A stretch of 60,000 nucleotides of DNA from Lytechinus pictus (taxonomy: Eukaryota). The stretch is taken from assembly GCF_037042905.1 (NCBI RefSeq), contig NC_087252.1, positions 6,450,001 through 6,510,000 on the forward strand, written 5' to 3'. Position 1 is the stretch's first letter, and every line of letters begins with the position of its first letter. This document shows positions 53,400 through 60,000 of the stretch, piece after piece. Made by a program: the position numbers and the translations under genes. The notes beneath the pieces are model-generated. The model was not told where the DNA came from, did no database searches, and was given only the letters and a program-made list of their open reading frames with translations.

Positions 53400-55172
53400 A
53401 AACTCAGAAATCATAATTAATTAGGTTGTATTTTGATGAGCTATATATACTTATATCTATATTCACGATAAGCGAGCTGACCTGATGGAACAATTATTAA
53501 ATACACCCCTGTATTATTTGAAAATATTTTAATGGGATTTTCGGTCGATATTCTCTCACACATTATTACAGAAATGCATGAAACAAGATCGACTATAGCA
53601 CGACACTTTGAACTTTATTGAAAGAGAGCATCTTGGCCCCGTAGGGGCAAATAAAGGCTTAAACATTAATTATTACATGTACATGTATAAAGGTTTAACA
53701 ATAACATATTTACAATTATTATACAGGATAAAACATATTGGTGCCATTATTTCGTGGGCAGTGATTTACAAATGTATCAGCTGACAGACGGGGAAGTTTG
53801 CAGAAATACCATTACTGAGATGAAAGCATTTTTCCTAAACTTTCTTTTATTCTATAATTGACACAAGCACTGGATTTTTCTATAGAAGAATACAAACTTT
53901 GAATGAATTGGTCATCTTTTCTTTTCTTAATATTAGCTTTCAACCAGAAAATGTCACATGACTACGATGACCATATCCCATTAAAACCACAATCTATAAT
54001 AATTCCTTTAACATGTTTAACACATGAACGGCGGGTATTCCCCGACGTCTATTGTATTTCTGTGGTATTCCCCAACGAAAATTATGTGTGCATTCCCGCT
54101 CTCTCGCGTGGACGAATGATGGCGCATGTCATGGCGCAAACCCCCAGTTCCATTGTCGAAAAAACACCACAATTAATGGTCTGAATAAATTTTAGACCAT
54201 AACATTTTATTTTATCAGGATTGTCTTGATTGTACCTTCTTCTTCCTACTCATCTTCCTCATCTTTTTCTTCCTTTTTTCTTCTTCTTCTTAGCCAATTG
54301 CTGAATTAATAATGCTTGTATTCAAAGAGCGGTAGGCCTACTAAAAGGTCAATTCCACCCCAGAAAAATGTTTATTTGAATAAAAATAGAAAATTCAAAC
54401 TAGCATATAACGCTAAAAGTTTAATCAAAATCGGATGTAAAATAAAAAAGCTATGACATTTTAAAGTTTCATTTATTATTATTTTTTTTTCAAGTTACAA
54501 AACAGAGCTATGCTCAACTCAGCGACATGCAAATGAGATAGTCGATGATATCCCTCACTCACAATTTCTTTTGTATTTTATTGTTTGAATTCTGATTTCA
54601 GTTTAAATGCAGATTTGACAGCTTGACTGAACCATACTATTTTAGGAAATTGGCTATACAATCTCCTAATATTTATATAAAAGTTAGGTCCTACCTTAAT
54701 TCTTGCTCGCCAGAAGATAGAATGGGGTCCAGCCGCTCAGATAAATTGCACAAATCCGTGAATAGAAATATATACACTTCACAATTTCAAATAGATTAGA
54801 AAAAGGGACAGATGTCACAAAATGACTCGCGAAGTAATGAGCTCATTAAATATGCAGAGTGAATATAGACTTCGAAGGAGTGGAAGTGACGGTAAGAAGT
54901 AAGAATTGGAAAATGTAGAGAGATAAGTATAAGTTGATCCTCCACAAGATTTGAGTCGATCCTCACTAGCAGCTGGATGAGATGGTCAGCATGAGTGGTC
55001 AGGACGAAGGCAGAGAGTAGAGTCATGATGTGGTAGAGAAAACAAGTTGTTTTTACCAACATCAGAAAAGATGAGACAAAGAAATAAGCGCCAAAAAGGG
55101 AGGCAAAACGCAGTTGAAAAGAACAAAGAAGAGAGAAGCAGACTGTGAGAAAAGCAAACATGCAAGCATCTC

Positions 55173-57095
55173 TGTAGTGATGTTGTATACCTCCCAGGAC
55201 CAAAATCCAGTTGAAACCAATTAGAGCAAAACCAATTGAAACCAGTTGGCCAACTGGTTTCAATAGGGAAATTGGAACAACTGGAACCAATTGAAACCAG
55301 TTGCCAACTGGTTCCAGTTAAAACCAATTGGGCAACTGGAACCAGTTGGCAATTGGTTTCAATTGGTTCCAGATGAAACCAATTTAAGCAACCAGTTGCC
55401 AACTGGTTACAATTGGTTCAAGTTGTTCCAATTTCCCTATTAAAACCAGTTGAATCCAATTGGAGGCAACTGGTTTCAATTGGTTCCAGTTGAAACCAAT
55501 TGGAGGCAACTGGTTTCAACTGGATCCAGTTGAAACTAATTGGTTTCCAACTGGATCCAATTGGAAATTCCAGTTGGAATGACTTAATTAATGACAAATT
55601 AATTAGAATTTGCACTAACTATTGCTCATGCCAACAAAGAAGCAGTGCTATATGTTTATTAATACCAATGTAAAGGGCATTGATAAAATAGACTTTCTTC
55701 ATGTATATATATTTATATGAAAGATCTTCAAATATATGTATTTGTATTTGATGTAATTTGGTAACAGTTAGTGGTGTACTAATTATCTTGTAATCTGTTT
55801 TAATTATAATCTATAACATTTATGAACATGGTTTTCACTGCTAAGCATTCTAAACACTTATCTGAAACAAGTATGATACTTGAATTAGAAAAGAATTAAA
55901 TAGATACATTTTAAATGATGATGAATCACATAAAACATTAATCTGTGTACACTGGCAGATAATATGCAAATTAACTGGTTTCAATTGGAACCAGTTGGGT
56001 AACTGGAAAATTTCCAATTGGAAACCAATTGGAAGTCATTTCCAGTTACCCAACTGGATCCAGTTAGGATTTCCATGCAGTTACCCAACAGGTTCCAATT
56101 AGAATTAATTTCCAGTTAATCACCTTTCCAGTTAGAAGTCATCTCCAGTTACCCAATTGGTTCCAATTAGAAATCATTTCCAGTTGGAAGTCATTTCCAG
56201 TTACCCAATTGGTTCCAGTTAGGATTTCCAGTTACCCAACTGGTTCCAGTTAGAAATCATTTCCAGTTAGAAGTCATTTCCAGTTAGAAGTCATTTCCAG
56301 TTACCCAACTGGTTCCAGTTAGAAATCCTTTCCAGTTGGAAGTCATTTCCAGTTACCCAACTGGTTCCAGTTAGGATTTCCAGTTACACAACTGGTTCCA
56401 GTTAGAAATCGTTTCCAGTTAGAAGTCATTTCCAGTTACCCAACTGGTTCCAGTTAGGATTTCCAGTTACCCATCTGGTTCCAGTTAGAAATCATTTCCA
56501 GTTGGAAGTCATTTCCAGTTACCCAACTGGTTCCAGTTAGGATTTCCAGTTACCCAACTGGTTCCAGTTAGAAATCATTTCCAGTTAGAAGTCATTTCCA
56601 GCTACCCAACTGGTTCCAGTTAGGATTTCCAGTTACCCAACTGGTTCCAGTTAGGATTTCCAGTTGCCCAACTGGTTTCAATTGGTTTCAACTGGAAATT
56701 GTTATATTCCAGTTAAAACCAATTGAAACCAATTGAAACCAGTTGGAAATCCAACTGGTTTCAATTGGATTTTGGTCCTGGGCTGCAAGTTCATTGCAAT
56801 AAACAAGGGACAATGAAAGGATGTTTGCTCCAAGTCTAAGAACAAAAGAAAGGTTGTTTCTCAATATAAGAATGTGTTTGCCAAGTAGATTTGGACAGAA
56901 AATGAGTTGGCTTGCTCTGTGAATGTACAGTATTGTAGTACATACACATGGCGTGAACAAGTGAGAATATATGAAATTGGAAATAAAAGAAAGAATTTAT
57001 ATACATATACAGAATGTTGAAATATAAATGAAAATATATACAAGGAAAGAATATATAGATGTAGATATATAAAAAGATATAGTCAAGTCACTACA
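55173..57095 (-). mobile_element. 3' LTR of the Gypsy element (~330 bp), interrupted by a DNA element
   Basis: Minus strand: polypurine tract AGGGGGGAG (57101-57109 region), then TGTAGTGA at 57095; ends TCACTACA at 55173. Confidence 0.8.
55193..56782. mobile_element. TIR element with CCCAG termini, 2-bp TSD (EnSpm/CMC-like) and internal satellite
   Basis: CT|cccaggaccaaaatcca ... tggattttggtcctggg|CT; arrays of ccagttacccaactggtt. Confidence 0.85.
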
Positions 57096-57226
57096 GTAGC
57101 TCCCCCCTAGATTTGTACCGAATAGAAATGTAGTAACAAATCGACAAGGGAAAGTAAAAGGGAACTTGGCTATATAAAACAAGAAAATAAAAGGAGTGGA
57201 AACATCAGTGAATTTTGAGAAATGTT

Positions 57227-60000
57227 TCAACCATCTCCGAAAAATTGAACGTACTTGGCAGGAAACCTGACATGGCGACCAGAACGGGTCTTACGAATTT
57301 CGGGAGGCATATGCTTGTCATCAGGATCCCCTGCCAAGTCCGTGGAGTTGGATTGTTGATGAACTTGGTCAGGTGGATCTTGATGATGAAATGGAGTGGT
57401 AGCCTCCTGCTCGATGAAAGCCGGTTTCAGTCTGTCGACACTGACATTTTCATGTTTACCATTATAATCAATGGTAAAATACTTGTCAGTGCGACGGATG
57501 ACTCGGAAGGGTCCTCTGTATGGAGGCTGCAATGGCTTTGTAACAGTATCATCTCTAAGAAAGATGTGAGATGAAGAATGGAGTTCAGGATGTACCTGCG
57601 TTCGAGTTTGCTGTTTTCTAGTAGGAGTGGGATGTACTTCCCGCATCATTCTCTTTAGTCTGTGGGCATAGTTAGATGGGTCATCGGCAGAATCAATTTG
57701 TGAAGGAGCTACAAATTGTGCAGGTAGAGTGACTGTAGTCCCAAATACTAGTTCTGCTGCAGAGCATCCAATGTCCGCCTTGATTGCTGTGCGTATACCT
57801 AGCAAGACTAAAGGGAGTGACTCAGTCCAACGGACCTTGTTATGAGCTTTGAGAGAGGCTTTAAGTTGGCGATGAAAACGCTCCACTAAACCATTTGCGG
57901 CAGGATGGTATGCTGTTGTGCGGATGCGTTTAGTGCCGAGGAGGTTGGTGAGCGCAAGGAAAAGTGCTGACTCAAATTGCCTACCTCTGTCTGTTGTGAT
58001 GGTAGTAGGTGCGCCAAACACTGCTACCCATCTGGCCACAAATGCTCGCGCTACCGTCTCCGCAGTGATGTCTGGGATAGGGATAGCTTCTGGCCATCTG
58101 GTGTAGCGATCAACACAAGTAAGAAGATAATTGTTACCCTCTGATGAAGGAAGCGGGCCAACAAGATCAATGTGCACATGAGAGAAGCGTGCATCAGGTG
58201 AAGTGAAAGTACCAAGTGGTGCTTTGGTGTGCCGATGTACTTTACACTTTTGACATTCGAGGCATGTTTTGGCCCATTTTCTGACATCAGCGTTGATGCT
58301 AGGCCAAACAAAGCGCTCTGTAATGAGCTTTTGAGTAGCTCTGATTCCTGGATGAGAAAGTCCATGAAGGGAATCAAAAATAGCTCTTCTATGTTTGACT
58401 GGTACCAAAGGCCTGGCAGTACCAGTTGATATATCGCACAGAATGGTAGTGGTAGAACCTGGGAGAGCAATTGACTTGAGTTGAAGTGAGGAGTCTTTCA
58501 CCTCAGTTTCATCTTCCTGATCTTTTGCGATGGCCGCAAAGTCTATGATTGAGGAAGAATCAACTCTGTCAATATACAGACGAGAGAGGGCGTCTGCTGC
58601 TGTGTTCTCCTTACCTGAAATGTGCTGTATATCAGAAGTGAACTGAGAAATGAAATCGAGTTGTCGGATTTCACGTGGCGAATGCCTATCCGGTTTCGAT
58701 TTGAGTGCATGGGTAAGAGGTTTGTGGTCAGTGTAGATAGTAAATGACCTACCTTCAATTAGGAGATGACGGAAGTGCTTGATACCAAGGTATGCTGCAA
58801 GCAACTCCCTACCGAATGTGCTGTATTTGGTTTCAGCGGGTTGTAACCTCTTAGAGAAGAAAGCCAGAGGTTGCCAAACTCCATTTACTCGTTGTTGGAT
58901 AGCTCCCCCAACCCCTACGTCAGAAGCGTCGACTAGTAGGCACAAGGGAACATCAGTGCGAGGGTGCACAAGAACAGTAGAGTTAGCCAATTGATCTTTA
59001 GCATGATTGAAAGCAAGAAGCTCTTTCTCTCCAAGATCAATTGGCATGTTCTTTTTTGTTCTGTTTTTCAACAGATCAGTCAGTTGTTGCAGCACCTCTG
59101 CACAACGAGGAATATGAATCGCCTGTAGAAGTTTATCAATCCCAGGAATTCTCGAAGTTTGGTGAGTGACGTAGGTGCGGGAAAATCACGGATGATTTTC
59201 ACTTTGTCGCTAAGAGGGCGGATTCCGGTGTTGTCCACCATATGTCCGAGAAAAGATAGCGATGAAGCACCAAACTGACATTTCGAGAGATTGACGATGA
59301 TGCCATACTCCTGCAGGCGATCGAAAAGCTGACGGAGATGTGTCACATGTTCATCCTTAGAGGAACTGGCTACCAGTATATCATCCAGATAAACATAGAC
59401 AAATGGGAGGCCGTGAATGACGGTGTCCATCAATCGCTGGAATGTTTGCGCTGCATTCCTAAGGCCGAATGGCATTCGAACAAATTCGAATAAGCCGAAT
59501 GGAGTGGTCACGGCAGTCTTGTGAATGTCGCTAGGCTCGACTGGGATCTGATGATATGCCCTAACGAGATCAATTTTAGAAAAAATTGTCTTACCTGCAA
59601 GAGCTGAAGAGAAATCTTGCAAGTGTGGGATAGGGTATCGATCCGGGACTGTGCGAGCGTTGAGCAAACGATAATCACCACAAGGCCGCCAGTCCCCTGG
59701 CGTCTTCTTGGGAACCATGTGCAATGGACTTGACCAGTTGCTCTCAGATTGTCGGATAATGCCAAGTTCAAGCATGTGCTCAAACTCTGCCTGGGCAATT
59801 CTCTGACGATCTGGAGCAAGACGACGAGGGCGCGCTGCCGCGGGCGGGCCTCGAGTTGGGATGTGATGCGTGGTATTATGTTTCACTTCTGAGTGCTTGT
59901 AAACCGGTCGTGTGATATCCGGATACTGACGGAGAATGGAGTGAAATCGCTCCGATGTGTCATGTTGAACATACATCGGGCTTATAGTACCAGTATATGA
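57227..60000 (-). mobile_element. Ty3/Gypsy pol (RT, RNase H, integrase) with one frameshift; runs off the window
   Basis: [41 protein letters not shown] and TDHKPL; HHCC, HIDLVGP, TDRG, NGLVERFHR; 2-nt AT duplication near 59113 splits [12 protein letters not shown]. Confidence 0.95.

Noticed and set aside
54813..55172. Possible older LTR (starts TGTCAC) into which the Gypsy inserted
   Set aside because: The second end and TSD would lie outside the window; cannot be supported.
55980..56700. CRISPR-like repeat array
   Set aside because: No unique spacers, no cas genes, eukaryotic context; it is a satellite inside a TIR element.
59080..59120. Programmed frameshift in Gypsy pol
   Set aside because: Falls within the RT/connection region and is explained by a 2-nt duplication; a mutation or sequencing error is more likely.

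Overview
AT-rich, repeat-dense animal genomic DNA with spliceosomal introns; gene and repeat content suggest an echinoderm, probably a sea urchin (inference). The main result is a minus-strand multi-exon immune-type gene assembled by hand from GT-AG sites with consistent intron phases. Nine exons (33671 down to 15255) encode a degenerate IFI44-like P-loop region, a long coiled coil, two duplicated death-fold domains and a low-complexity tail. An AID/APOBEC-like deaminase ORF (51110-50325) lies upstream on the same strand. Its TAG stop overlaps a GT donor that can splice in frame to the 33671 exon, predicting a 1283-aa deaminase/pseudo-GTPase/coiled-coil/2x death-domain protein plus a possible stand-alone 261-aa deaminase. 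Also present: the first coding exon of an SLC5 transporter; a decayed L1/Tx1-clade LINE whose empty site survives in an adjacent duplication; a second LINE fragment; a Gypsy pol with its 3' LTR; a solo LTR; many MITEs with readable TSDs; SINEs; two repeat-borne tRNA-like cloverleaves with a TCA anticodon; and long microsatellites.
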